64,000 nt of DNA from the human T2T-CHM13v2.0 reference genome, Homo sapiens (GCF_009914755.1 NC_060929.1); one strand, 5' to 3'; positions 1-13,350 are shown, counted from the first letter of the stretch. Made by a program: numbers and translations. The notes: generated from the sequence alone by a model not told the origin.

Positions 1-499
1 GGAAATTGAAAGCAGCAAAACAGTTTGCTGGGGGATAGTAGGGCTGAAACACAAATAGTTAGAGCTAGGGGTCAATACTTGGAACTCAAGAATGCTGGTA
101 ATGAGCCTGATGGCAAGTTGGAAATGGGTTTTCAATACAATCACTTGACAAACATGATTTTTACGACTTTGAGCTTCAACCACAGGCCATGTTATTGGAC
201 AGACATGTGAATAGGTAAATGTCTAACTACTATTTCTGTATTTCTATAATATTCTTCCCTTTGGGGCCATCAGGACAATCTACCAGGTCTAGGAATCAGA
301 CTACTTTCTGAATCTGAAAGGGGGCTGATGGCAGCTACCAGGATTTGGGAACTAGGAAGAACGAATAATGACAAAACAGTTTAAGAAAAGATGAAAGAAC
401 TACTTTGGAGCAGAATTGGCTAGAAGAAATGTTAATGGCCTGCCTTCATGGTGTTGTACAGAAAATGAAATACTGAGAAGCCACAAAGAGAGCCCATCC

Positions 500-735
500 C
501 TGTGGTATAACTGTGAGGCATAATAGGAGGAATTTAAAAAGAAAAACTTGAGACAGGCATTAGGAAACAGACAGAACTTCCATATTCCCAGAAAGAAGGT
601 GAGCACATTGAAGGCATTTAAAAACTGAGGTTGAATTAAACTCTAGGAAATATTTTCTCTTGTCGGCAACAATTCTCTGCTGGCCCAGTGGGACAGAGTA
701 CATCATCTAACGAGACATTTTTACTTCTAATTTCT
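500..735 (+). mobile_element. Possible CR1/L3 3' end
   Basis: Degenerate resemblance to CR1 3' termini (cattgaaggcatttaaaaactgaggttg...catcatctaacgagacatttttacttctaatttct). Confidence 0.35.
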
Positions 736-1010
736 TTAACTCCATGGAAAATCCTTCCTGAATTCTCCGCAACTCTCTGTGGTGTTTACTAAGTGAAATA
801 ACTTAGTGCCCTCCACAGCCTTCACTAACTTAGTATCCATTCGCTCTTCCAAATCAATAATAAACACATTAAATAACATTGGTCCCCATACAGACCCCAA
901 ATGCACCACACTATTAACCTCTCTCCACTCCAGGAAACCAGCAGTCACTCTGTCTCCCACGGCTTAGCTGGTTTTGTAGAAATCTCCAGCCTTTGACTGC
1001 TCCTGCCCAG
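736..1010 (-). mobile_element. CR1/L3-type LINE fossil, reverse-transcriptase fragment
   Basis: ORF 736-960 (EWREVNSVVHLGSVWGPMLFNVFIIDLEERMDTKLVKAVEGTKL) matches the CR1 RT pattern W.EV.SGVPQGSVLGP.LFNIFINDLE....S.L.KFADDTKL. The frameshifted upstream peptide (VKGWRFLQNQLSRGRQ) resembles W(I/L).NWL..R.QRV. Confidence 0.75.
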
Positions 1011-2570
1011 CTGAAAGAAGGGTCTAACTCCACTTCTGCTCTTTCCTGGTTAACACTGCAGGGCTCTCTGGTGGAAGCCTGCACCCCTGGGGCAGTGGCT
1101 GCAGGTAACACTAGTCTATTTGATGGGAGGCCTAAGAGTTTCAGCAAGGAAGGAAAGCAAGGTGGAAAAAAGTTTATTGTTCTTACTGAAAACCCAATTG
1201 CACTGCCATTTTTCAATTCCATTGAGAAATGTCAATGTTCTTTCCCACCGTCTGGTGGAGGCAGATTTGACCAGGTGTCTCCACACAGAGTGGGTTCTCA
1301 CAGTTGGGCTGCGTGTGTGTCATAAAGCTAAATAAGGAGCCAGTTCAGTCCGCCACCCCCCTTCGCTTCTGCCGGCCAGACACACTTCCCCATATGACAG
1401 TCTTATAAATAGCTGCTAAGCAGCTGGTCCTCCTCTCACCTCCTGACTCTGTCAGAATCCCCCACTAGAAGCCCCTGACAGTCATGCAGCTGGGAGCTCC
1501 CCTTTTCTCTTCTTCTCTCCTCTCCACTCCCTACCTCTGACATATGGCCGCCACCTCAACAATGCCCACTGAAACCAGCCAGGGACTGACTTCCATGGGA
1601 GAAGGGATCAAGCAGGCTGAGGGCTGGATCTGACCACTGAAGCAAACTGTCACCCAAGTAAACAGGGGAATGGAAGGTTGGGAGACACCACAGTGAGACA
1701 CCAGGCAGCCCACAGTACAGCGGCCAGATGGCTGACCCAGCAAAAATCCCAGGAATCTTTCTGGAGTGAGTCAAACATTATAAATATCTGTGGGACTCCG
1801 TGATGCTTCTAACTATATATGTACATATTCGAAAATAGTTTTGGACAAATAAATATAGGATGAAATGTATTATTATTAACTTTTACAAAGTTCCAACAAT
1901 GTGTTCAGAGTTCAAATGAGGGTAGGATTTAGGATAAAGAAAATACAGGAAACAATTAAAGATTTGGAAGCCAATACATGATAAGAAGATAATAAAACAG
2001 AAATGGTGCTTTGTTTCTAAATATTGTTGGTTTTCATGAAAGAAGAAGCTCTAGCTGATAGGGTATTATAGCTGCAGGTATGGGCAGAGAGAGTCAAGTC
2101 AATTTCACAGGAACTTATTGAGTGCCCACTATGTGCTAGGCACAGGGAATGCAGAGTTATCCCCAGCCTTGATCAGCCCAGACAAGTAGAAGGCCAGTAG
2201 ATGTTGTAGAAGGTGGAAAGGTCAATTTTGCTTTTGGGGTAGAGAGTCGTGGAAGTCTGCAGAGAGGACACAGGACAATCTAGGCTGTAGGAATAGCAGG
2301 AGTTCAGGCAAGAAGATGCCCGCGTTCCCACAGGTCTAAGAAACAGTGGACAGGTCCCCCTGGCATAGCAGGTATAGTGTGGGAGGCGGGGACCTGCTCA
2401 AGCATGCTGGAGTGGGCATGCGGCTTGGGGAAGAGGACTTAGACATGAGAAAATGAAACCATTGAACAAAGTGTGCAGTAACCACAAGCTAATGCTGAAA
2501 TTTCAGATCTCAGTTGTCACCTAAAGAACTCACCCCTTCTTGGTTCTCCTCACATAGGGTATTCTGAAAG

Positions 2571-2868
2571 TTTATTTTTATTTATTTATTGAGACAGAGT
2601 CTCACTCCATCACCAGGCTGGAGTGCAGTGCACTATGTTGGCTCACTGCAACCTCTGCCTCCCAGGTTCAAGCGATTCTTGTGCCTCAGCCTCCCATGTA
2701 GTTGGGACAATAGGCACCTGCCATCAAGCCTGGCTAATTTTTGTATTTTTAGTAGAGAAGGGGTTTCTCCATGTTGACCAGGCTGGTCTCGAACTCCTGG
2801 CCTCAAGTGATCCACCCACCTCAGCCTCCCAAAGTGTTGGAATTAGGCATGACCCACCGCACCCGGCC
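2571..2868 (-). mobile_element. Alu (AluS-like), full length
   Basis: T-rich tail, gagacagagtctcact...caggctggagtgcagtg...cccggcc. Degenerate TSD tattctgaaagtt/taatccgaatgtt. Confidence 0.95.
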
Positions 2869-3527
2869 TAATCCGAATGTTCAAATAGATCATAGTTTAA
2901 ATCTCCTATCAAAGAGTCATCCTTGAACCATGGACCCCTCAAGCATTTCCCAACATGCCCGCACATTTCACAGGAAGTGCATAGTTGTGACTGCCACTGA
3001 GGGACCCTGCACAAAGTGTTCCAAAGTTCTGCCCTGGCAGTGCTGGACCTGGACCCCCTCCAGGGTTAACACCACCATCTGGATATTTCACCGGCAGGGC
3101 TGAAGCCAGAGGGCAGGGAGGACACAGACCACCAGAGATAGTTAGTGGTTTCCTTTGGGAAAGATCAGGGCTTGAGTCCTGAGGCTGGGGAGGGGCAGCC
3201 TCAGTCTTTGAGGATTTAGTGGGGCCCAGCAGGGATTTGGCAGACAGGGCTGGACAGAAGCTGAGTATGCTTTCTTCTGAGGTCAGCCAAATCATCACAC
3301 TCTCAGGGACACCTTCCCCAGCCCTTTATTACATATTCTGTTGGAACTGTGAACCTTCTCTGCATACTACCATTGTCACTGTATGGTTGTTAATTGACAT
3401 CTGTTCTCTTCTCCTAGAGCACAATCCGCAGATTGGCTTTGCTCTCTGTTGAATCCCCTGTTTCCAGCACCCTGCTGGGCACGCACTAGACACTCAGGAA
3501 GTAACTGTTTCTTGAAGGATTATAAGA

Positions 3528-3705
3528 GCTAATGTTTATTGAGAATTTTGTATTCTACCATTTAATCCTCAACAACCACTTGTGAAATAAGTAATATTAA
3601 TTAATCCCATTTTACAGATGAGTAAACGGAGACTCAAAGGATTAAGTGACTTGCCAAATGCTAATGAGTGGTGGAGTGGGGCTTGAACTCTGGTAGTCTG
3701 ACTGT
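3528..3705 (-). mobile_element. MIR SINE
   Basis: MIR core cccattttacagatgagtaaacggagactcaaaggattaagtgacttgcc. Confidence 0.85.
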
Positions 3706-4369
3706 TGAGTCTGGGAGAGGCCATGTGGCAGGTCTGGTGGCAGAAGAGGAACCAGAGTGGCCCAGAATAAGGAAGGCAGAGAAAGTGGTGGCTCTGGGGG
3801 CAGGGATGTGGGGAGATCCTTTCTCCCATTTAAGCTTAGGGACCCAGATTTCTGGCATCACTGCTAGATCGCCTCTGCTTCAGCTGTTCAGGGAGTATTT
3901 TAGCGAGTGAATGAGTCTGGACATCCTTAACAGATGCTGCCCGCCCACGTGGACTGGTCTTCCAGCCGCTCACTGCTGAGCTGAAGCTGTTGAACGTTTC
4001 CTCAGGCATCCCCTCCACAGCAGGGCCTTCCAGCAAACCCGCAGGCTTCCTGGCTGCTGCCTTGACCTAGGTCCTGTTCTCAGGAGCTTCTCCACGACAG
4101 GCGAGAGGCCAAGTGCTGGGCTAGTTCCTAGGACATTGAGGTGATGACATTAACTAAGGCTGTCTCCACAAGCTTAAGTCAGAAGTGTCCCAAAACCTGG
4201 GGGCCTGGGAATTCAAATGGTCCCCAGCAAGTCTGAGTCTTTCTCCATCTCAAAGCTATTCTGTTACCCTTAAGTCTTACTTTGACACCACATGGACAGT
4301 AATTTGTGATGTTCTGAAAGTCGGAATGGCTTCCTCGGTGTAGCTTTCTAAAATGAACTGAACTTCAAC

Positions 4370-4510
4370 CTGTGCTAAGCACTCTACATGCATTCATTTC
4401 ATCCTCACGGTTTTACAGACAAATCAACCAAGCCTCAGAGGGGCGAAGGCGCTTACTCAATGGCACTCAGGGAGTGAATGGTGAAGCTGGAGTGAGAGTC
4501 TAGATCTTTC
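4370..4510 (-). mobile_element. MIR SINE fragment
   Basis: tgtgctaagcactctacatgc...ttttacagac...gcctcagagggg. Confidence 0.65.
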
Positions 4511-6635
4511 TTAATGTAGAGTCAAAGATCCTGGCAACCAGCGTATCCTGGGGTAATAGCCCATTATGGCTGCCAGGATACTATATGTATAATTTTTTAT
4601 ATTTTTGGCATTGAGAATAAGATTTTTGAACAGTCAAATCTATCACCTGAAATGTCGTGAGGAGTTAATGTGAAGATTTCTTTCTTAATCAACAATTTGA
4701 TTGTTTAATGGCCTTATTATTTTTTTAGAAAATAAGACTCAGACTACATATCTCATCTTGGTCTGCAATACTAATTCTAGGATGCCTCAACTTTAGTTCT
4801 TAGAGCAAAATGCAAGGGCAAAAATGGGAAGTAACACTGTCTGAATGGTATCATTTGGGGATTTTTTTTCTTTGTGATGCTCATAATCGAACAACAGCTT
4901 TTGTCTAAAAAATTAAATGTGACAAGAAATTAATCCACATTGTGATCTAATTATTTTTAGAATTATGAGAAAAATGTAAGGTGTCTCAACTATTTAATTT
5001 TGAAAAGTGTCTATGGAAATTAACTTTCACTGCCTTTCATAAGGATTTTAGTTTTCTTGCCATCCTTAAATGGCATTTTCAACAATCACTAATATGGCTA
5101 TTGCTGTCACGTAAGGTCACTGGCATGTGAGGTAGGGTTTCTTGCAAAGCCTGACTTTAAAGAACATGTGACGTATCATGCTCTAGACTACTTTAAAGTG
5201 TAATTTATCAAATTAATGAATTAGAATTCAGGGGCTAATCAAAGAACCAACCAGTTTCTTAATTTTCTTTACATCTCTGAAGAATCAACTGTTAAGCAGG
5301 AATGAACACCAAACACAGGGAGATTTCTTGTGGTACGTTAAAAGCAAACATCACTCTGACCCTTGAAAATGAGATTAGAATAAGACCAAAAATAATGGAA
5401 AAGTGGTTACTGAATGAAAAATATTTGGGGAAAAATGAGTTCACAATTGTGACATTTTAATAAAAAGGTTTTGGCGATGCTAAGGTCCACCCACCAGTCC
5501 CATATGTTCAGGCTATTGTGACCTGAATTCTGATTACTGAAGTTGATCTTCTGGGAAAAGGTGTTGGATCCAGAAGGCACTGATCAAACTCAAGAATATA
5601 ATCTGGAAAGGAACCTGCTTAAGTGGTCTACTCTTAGGAAAGGGATATTTATTATAGAGAGAGCAAGTTGTAGGTGAACTCCAAACTTGGCACCAAAAGT
5701 AGTAGAAATTCTGCTGTGGGGTAAGAATGAGGGGAAAGTAAAGGGAAAGGAAGAAGGCACGTGGCCTTAATAAGAGGCGTGCCACAGTGAGCTGTCAATG
5801 GAAAGTTTTGGATTCCCAGTGCTGTGAAAGGAAAGGAAGGAGCTCCAGAGATGGAGGTGGGGAAGCCCAGGAGATGCTCTGTTTTATTTACCTGGCAATT
5901 CTGTGGACCCCTCGATCACTCTAGATCCTAAGTTCAATGCGAGCACATGGCTATCTGTAATTCTAAACATCCATTCTCCTGAACAACGCCCTTAAACCCC
6001 AGGGAAACACTTGTTCACATCTCTTGCCCTAGGTCCTCAAAACAAATGGTGACTACATCCAAATGCCATGAAGCTATATGGGGTGTCATCTGCTAAGGTG
6101 GGAGATGGAGGGGATGGACTCCGCCTCAGAATACAGGGAGGATTTCATCAGCAGAAGTGCTTAGGTAAGAACAAGGACAAATTAATTAACTTGTCATATT
6201 CTTCCTCTCACAAAGCATGAATGCTGTGGATTCTTGCATAACAAAGCACCGTTTCCCTGTGGTGCCAAATGTCCATTTGCTTGCTTCTCTTCTTTCTCCA
6301 ATTGGGGGTCCCAAAGGTACACAACATATTAACATGACAGTCCCAACAGTTACACATAGCTGCTAATGGAAATCACTCTGAAGTGTGTATCTATACATAG
6401 GTCTGTATGCAACGTGAGTGAAGCATGATACTGATTCTTTACAGACAGCTAGATAGACATTCAATGCTAGAGCTGCAGGGCTTTTTAAAATAAAAATGTA
6501 CATGTTTACAAAACTAAATATCTGGACTTTATTAGAATATTCTTTATTTTAAAAATTGACATTTATTAATTATAATTTATATTTTGCCTTTTAATTTTAA
6601 GAGATCATTTTGAATATTTCAAAAGAAAATTTTTC

Positions 6636-6848
6636 GTATTGTGGTAAAAAACACATAGCATAAAATTTACCATCTTAATCATTTTTAAGCATATAGTACT
6701 TTTTAAGGTATAGTGGTAACTATATGCACCTTGCTATACAACAGATCTCTAGAACTTTTTCATCTCACAAAACTGAAACTCTATACCCCTCGAACAACAA
6801 CTCCTCTCCCTCCCCCACGCTCCTGGCAACCACATTCTACTTTCTGTT
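6636..6848 (-). mobile_element. L1MB-type 3' end fragment
   Basis: tattgtggtaaaaaacacatagcataaaatttaccatcttaatcatttttaag...ctggcaaccacattctactttctgt, typical of L1MB 3'UTR. Confidence 0.8.
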
Positions 6849-6859
6849 AAAGAAAATTG

Positions 6860-7400
6860 GTTTAGAAAACATATGACACTTTTAATTTATTTTTAAGCAT
6901 TAATTTACATTTTGATGAAAATAAATTCAAATTTTGTATATATGTATTTGAATATAATTGTATCTTAATATTTTAACTCTTTAGACATTAGTCTCAATAG
7001 AGCACAAATTGTATGAAAAATGTTGAATATAATATCTTAAGTAGTGATTTCATTGAAATGAAGGAAAAAATAAATTTTATGGAATGAATCTATAATAGTT
7101 CATGAATTATGTATGTCTATTTTGTTACTCATTTAAACATCTCCAGCTTTTCAACAAAATACCCACACATATGCAATAACAATTAATTTAGTCATTTTTG
7201 ACATTTTGCTAACTTTAACTCATAGAAAGGCCATACTTTCACTCATACTTTTCAATTTGTCTCAATGAAATACAATTGTCAAGGAAGGAAAATAGAACAT
7301 ATTTTGTTTAACAGTTTATTAGCTTTAAACATTTAGGCATATGCTATGTGGGCTATTTGTACTCTTGTCCTGGCCCCCAAAATATAAGTATGGCTGACTG
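6860..7400. mobile_element. Old hAT-Tip100 (Zaphod/MER115-like) DNA transposon remnant
   Basis: Terminal motif gtgggctatttgtactcttgtcctggccccc...gactg within very AT-rich sequence; family recalled, not verified. Confidence 0.4.
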
Positions 7401-7761
7401 CAATTGCGTGTTAATTGTCTGTCTTTACCGTGTTACTTACCATAAATTTTGAAGGGACAATGTTTGTTTTGTCTATCATTGTATCTCTAGTGTTTGGTAT
7501 AATTAATCCTCAAAGAAATGTCTGAATGTCATTGAAGTCACCTTCGTTGATGACAACTAACTGAGCTGTGAAGTGTTGGCCACTATTCTATCTATGCTCT
7601 GAAGAAGCAAAGGTGAATAAGACAGGGTTCCCACTCACAAAAAGCTTGTCATTTAATTGAGAAAGCAGACCAGGCCTATAGAAGGGGCTTTAAAGTAGGA
7701 ATTTTATTCATATAGATACAAACTAAGTGCTACAGGCAGTAAGTCTTGCTAAATTCCAGAC

Positions 7762-7888
7762 CCCATTTGTAATATGGTGATAATAGTAGGACCTACCTCG
7801 CAGGGTTGTTTTGAAGATTATAAAAGATAATTCATGTGAAGCACTTAGCACTAGGCTGGCACTAGTATTATTCACTCAATAGTGATAG
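7762..7888 (+). mobile_element. MIR SINE
   Basis: catttgtaatatggtgataatagtaggacctacctcgcagggttgtt...gcacttagcac. Confidence 0.75.
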
Positions 7889-10602
7889 ATGGTGGTGATA
7901 ATACAATTAGTAGTAATTGTAACAATAGTAGTGGTCGTGGAAGTGGTATTAGTGATAGTCATAATAGTAGTGATGGTAACTGGTGTAAAGTTTAATAGTA
8001 AACAGTGTTTATGGGTTCAGATGGTCAGGGAAGACATCATGAAGGAAAATATAGAGGTATTAGAGAGTTGAAGGTACTTCAATGAATGTATTTTTGAAAA
8101 GATGTTTCAAGGAGTCTATACTGGATACAAAAGCAATGGAAGAAGGTAGAGCAGAGGAACCCATAGGTCAGTGGATGGATCAGTTGGAAATGGGGCAGGG
8201 TCATATAGCCAAATGATCTAGTTCATGATGGAACTGACTCAGAGAGAAAGGAGGTGGGGCTGTTATGGTCAAGTAGAAGCAGAAGCAAAGAAGACCTGAC
8301 ATCTCCTGCTACCCATGAAGCATATTGGATGGGATAGAGTAAGGGTCAGACACGCAAGGGCTGCAGCCTTGGGGAAGACCCAGGTGTCAATTCAAAAAAA
8401 GAGCTAACAAGAGCACCCCGAGAAAAGAGTATAGATCTGGTTTGCTGGGACATGGCAAGTCCAAGCAGCCAGGTAAAAGCATTGATGGTGCTGGGTTGAG
8501 ATCAGGAACCTGGATCAGGAGCAAGGAAGAAAACAACCTCACCAGGGGTGGTAGAGCAGTTAAGGAGGATGTGAAGGTCTAAGTTTGTGGAGAATCCATG
8601 CACAATGGGGCTTATGCTTGCTGCACCAACTGATGAAAACAGGGAGGAGAGGTATTAAGATTTTATTTTCACCAGTTTCCTTGGAAAGGATAATATATCA
8701 TCCCAATCCTGTCACCAAACATGTGTGGACTTAGATAAGTGACTCAACTTTCTGTATTTGTTTCTTCATTGAAAATATAAACTCAAAAGTACTTGCTTTG
8801 TGTGTCTGTAAAAATAAAATTATAAAGATTTGGAGGCTTGGAAAGGTACAAAACGCTTTGCAAATATAAGGGATGATTATGATATTCATATTTCAAGTCA
8901 GGGTGGGTTCCTAGTTCAAATATTCCAAATATACTAGTGTGGTAAATATGTAGATGTGCATAGGGCAGCTTTAACTGCTTGCTGGGTTTTTGTGAGACAC
9001 AAAGCATTGGTCCTAACAATAACCTCAACCATGGGCATGTTGCAAATCAAGCTGGAGAAGGATGGACATGAAGAAAGAAGAGAATGGAAGAGGAGAAAGA
9101 AGCAAGGCCAGACATTTGGAAGGTTCTGTGAAGTCAAAGAGCCAGTGTGGTGACAGGTGCTCCATAGAGAGGGGACTCTCCCTTCCCTAGTGGAGTCACG
9201 GCTCCATTACATGCCACACGACTCAGCAGTCTTGAGTAGAGAAACAAAGAATAACTCAACAGGATAGAAATTAAATTAGCAGCATGGAATAACTTGAGTC
9301 ATATTTGAGTAGAACAGTGATATTATTTCCTGGGCTCTGGTGATATTTTTTCCCCAATCTTGGCTGTGGACAGCTTTAGTCATATATCTTTCCCGAAAGT
9401 TGTAGTTCACTGTAGTTTCTCACGTGTTCATGTATCACATTGAGTGTTGACAGGCTGGGCATTTAATTATCTGAGAACTGCTGTACTTTCTTTGCTTCTT
9501 GAATAATGAACTGGATTCTGTACCAAAGTGTGAGGTACTTACAGCTTCTTTTAGACACCTGGGACTCTGCCTTGGGTTGCACAGGGATTCAGTTATTCAC
9601 ATATACCCCAAGAGGGCAAGGGAAGCAATTATCTGGAGATTTCAAGAAAACCACTGACTCATCTTAATTACCTGGAGGTACGTAAAATCCCATTTCAACA
9701 AACTTTAACATGCTGTCCTAATTACTTTGAATATTGAATATTGTTTGTAAGAAGTGAGTCATCATTTGGGTATCAGATCTCTATAGGCTGTTATTGTAAT
9801 GGTGTCTGTTATAATCAGATTTAACCTGCTTAAATTACCTTAAAAAATGGTCTGAAATGATTACTTCATTTTTTTAAGTATATAATCCACCTTGAGTAGA
9901 GATAAGCAGAAAATGCCCCTATCAATAATGTATTTGAGTTTGCAGAACATGAACTCTGCCACAGTCAAATTATGGTTCTAGCAAAACAATTTTTTTCCAG
10001 ATTTGCCTGAATGAAGGCAGCAGTGGGCTTGGGCTCCTGTGCCAGTCAGTTTTGCATTCTGGGTGGCTTGTTTAGATCAGCTTGCACACAGTGTAGTTCA
10101 ACCGTATCTGAGCACTGCCTTTCCTTAGCCTGGCCTTTCACGTGGGATGATTATCTAGAGCTGCTTCATTTGCCAAGGTCATCACTCCAAGGGCCTAGCC
10201 CTTCCTCTGGTCATGTTAGGCACTACTACAAGGATATGAGGGCTTGTGACTTTACATTTTCACACGATCATAATGGCTTTAATTACTACAAGGCCACAAG
10301 AGGTAGAGCTTCCATTAAGAAACAGAAGAGCAACATCCAAAGTACTACTTGAAGGCCTAACATCGTGTCTCATGCACAGAGGGTGCTTGGATATTTACTA
10401 AGTAAAAGAGAATGTATCTAGGGCATGCCCCATTCTCAAACACAGCTGCTATAGAGCTCTCTGGAAAAAAAAAATTGCTTCACACAGAATTGTTGTTTGG
10501 CCCAACTTTCCTTTTCACTTCAAATCTTTGTTTTAAATGACCCAATTGCCATCATCATCTTGAGGCCTCATAGGCAGCTCAAACAACATTGCAAAAGGCC
10601 AG

Positions 10603-11238
10603 TGTGTTAGGTGTTCCCTACGATGGTTGCCAATGACCCTGCCTTCTGGTATTCATGCCCCTGAGAAGGCTGAACCTAGAGACTTTCTCCTAACAAATGG
10701 AGTATGACAAAAACTTATGGGATATGAATTCTGAGGCTAGATGCCCAAAGACTCTAGCATTTTTCTTGCTTGTCCTCTCTTGCTCTTTAACCCTCTCTGT
10801 CTCTCCCTAGTTTTCTTTTTCCTTCATTCTCTCTCTTTTTTTCTATTAGAGCCCTTGCTCCAGGGGAAGCCAGCTGCCGTGTTGTGAGTAGTTCTATGGA
10901 GAGGCCCATGTGACAAGGAACTCGTGTCTTGCCCAACATCCAATGAGAACCTGAGGCCTACCAGGAGCCATGCAATTGAGCTTGGAGATGGGTCTTCTGA
11001 GGGCTCCCAACAGCCATGTGAGTCAGCTTAGGAGTGAACCCTCCCCCAGTCAAGCCTTCAGATGACTGCAGCCCTGATTGATACCTTGATTACAGACTTG
11101 TGAGAGACTCTGAGTCAGATATACCCAGCTAGGCCATGCCTGGACTCCCAATACACAAAAAGGGAGATAAGAAATGTTTGTTGTTTTAAGTTACTAAGTT
11201 CAGGGGTGATTTGTTACACAGCATAGATAGCTAATACA
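10603..11238 (+). mobile_element. MLT1 (E/F-like) MaLR solo LTR
   Basis: ggggaagccagctgcc...ggagaggcccatgtgacaaggaac...cttcagatgactgcagccc...tttgttacacagcatagatagctaataca; TG...CA ends. Confidence 0.8.
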
Positions 11239-11478
11239 GCAGTCCTATGTTTTCTAGAGTATTATAACAATCTGATGAATGGTATCCTTGTTTCCTTTAA
11301 CTTGCTTGCTACTTTTCCTTGCCAAAAATTCAATCGCTCTCACCTCACTGAAAAATATTTTATGATCCCTTATTACTCCAAAAGATAAATTCTGAAATGG
11401 AGCACAGAACATTCTAGGTCTTTGGTCATCTGGTACTTACCTAGAGCTTTTCAACCTATTTTCTATCTGTGTTCCCAC

Positions 11479-11779
11479 TTCTTTTTTTTTTTCTTTAATA
11501 GGGTCTCAGTCTGTCACCTAAGCTACAGTACAGTGCCACCATCATGGCCTACTGTAGCCTCAACCTTCTGGGTTCAAGCAATCCTCCCACCTCAGCCTCC
11601 CTGGTAGCTGGATTACAGGCATGCACAAATATGTCCGGCTAATTCTTTTTTTTAATTTTTTGTGGAGACAGGGTTTTGCCATGTTGCCCAGGCTGGTCTC
11701 AAACTCCTGGACTTAAGCCAGATGTCTGCCTCAGTCTCCCAAAGTGCTAGGATTACAGGTGAGAGCCACCACAACTGGT
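11479..11779 (-). mobile_element. Alu (AluJ-like)
   Basis: Poly-T, then a diverged dimeric Alu body ending ccaaagtgctaggattacaggtgagagccacc. Confidence 0.9.
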
Positions 11780-12217
11780 GAGTGCTCAGACTTCTAAATG
11801 TCTTTATTCCAGCCACACCAAAGTACTTGCAATTGCCCAGCACACCACAATTTTTGTGTTCCTCTTTCTTGTCCTGGCTGTTTCCTCTCCCTGGAATGCC
11901 ATTTCCACCTCACCTATGCTGGTGACATCCTGCAAAACTCTACCCATCCTTCTAGATTTAGGCTCCAACTTCCTTTCTGTAAAGCCTTCTCTGCTATAGA
12001 TAAAGTGGGACACTCCCTCCTCTGTATTCCCATGGTTTTCTGCTCCCACTCTACCATTCTCTCCTTGACTAGACCATGGATTTCTCACAGGTAGAAAAAT
12101 ATAATTCCTAGAGCATGATTATTAAAAGCAAAGGGTTAGGAGCCAACCCGACTAGGTTCAAAATCCTTTCCCTATCTCTTTACTTAGCTATGAGCCTTAG
12201 ACAAGTTATTTAACCAC

Positions 12218-12578
12218 TGATATGGTTTAGCTCTGTGTCTCCACCCAAATCTCATCTGGAATTGTAATCTCCACAAGTCAAGGGAGGGCTCTAGTGGGAG
12301 GTGATTGGACGATGGGGGCGGTTTTTCCCCTTCTGTTCTAATGATAGTGAGGGAGTTCTCACAAGAGCTGATGGTTTTAAAGTGTGGCACTTCCTTGTTC
12401 TCTCTCTCCTGCTGCCACGTAAGACATGCTTTGCTTCCCCTTCTCCTTCTGCTGTGATTGTAAGTTTCCTGAGGCCTCCCCAGCCATATGGAGCTGTGAG
12501 TCAATTAAAACTCGTTTCTTTATAAATTACCCAGTCTCAGGTAGCATCTTTGTAGCAGTGTGAGAACAGACTAACACA
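12218..12578 (+). mobile_element. THE1 (THE1D-like) solo LTR inserted into a MIR
   Basis: tgatatggtttagctctgtgtctccacccaaatctcatc...gagaacagactaacaca; 5-bp TSD accac/acaac. MIR halves flank it at ~12110-12217 and ~12583-12720. Confidence 0.9.
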
Positions 12579-13149
12579 ACAACTGAAGACTTAATTTTCT
12601 AATCTGTCAAATGAGAAGAATAATAGGACCCACGTACAGGGTCGTTTTGTAGTTAAATGAGATAATATGTGAAAAGTGCTCAGCACAGCCTGGCAATAAG
12701 AGTTAAATATATATTAACTATTATTATTTATAATTATAATCACAGAGATAACCACATAGTAAAATTTCAATCACTGTTTCATGATTCTCTGAGAATTATT
12801 TGCATTTTCACTGGGGACAAAGGCATGTAAAGAAAAAGGTGTGACAATGGTAGAATTTCAGACATCACGGACACCTGTTTTGCCTTCTTCCAAGCTTGGC
12901 CCTGGGTATTAATATTAAAACAGATAATAAATTAACAGGTAGGAAAGAGAGCAGTGTTCATTTATTCACTGGACTCTTTGTCAAGAGTCTGGAAATGAGA
13001 AATTTTCCCCAAATGAAAGATTAATATTAATGTGATGAAGTGATTGTAATCTTGAGGATGAGAAACCGATTTTCATTTTTTTTTGAAAGGAAAAATTGCC
13101 AGAGAATCTATTCAAGGGGTTCACAGTCTTTGACAAGCCCTTTCAAGCA

Positions 13150-13350
13150 GCAGGATGCAGTGGAAGGGGCAGAGACTGAAGAGTCCAATGACCTGGGTTC
13201 TAGATCCAACACTGCCTCTACTAGTGTGTGCCTTAAGGCAGGACACACTCATGCCATCTGTAAATGGGGGATGGCAATATCCATTCTCCCTAATTCACAG
13301 CACCATAGGGAGGAGAAACTGAGATCACGAATGTGAAGACAATGTTTGAA
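13150..13350 (+). mobile_element. MIR SINE
   Basis: gacctgggttctagatcc...catctgtaaatggggatggcaata. Confidence 0.7.

Noticed and set aside
2589-2871. Alu-derived ORFs (also at 11422, 27050, 45003)
   Set aside because: Standard Alu translations, not genes.
7889-8071. Hydrophobic V/I-rich 'transmembrane' ORF
   Set aside because: Arises from a degenerate (GGT/AGT/AAT)n low-complexity tract next to a MIR.
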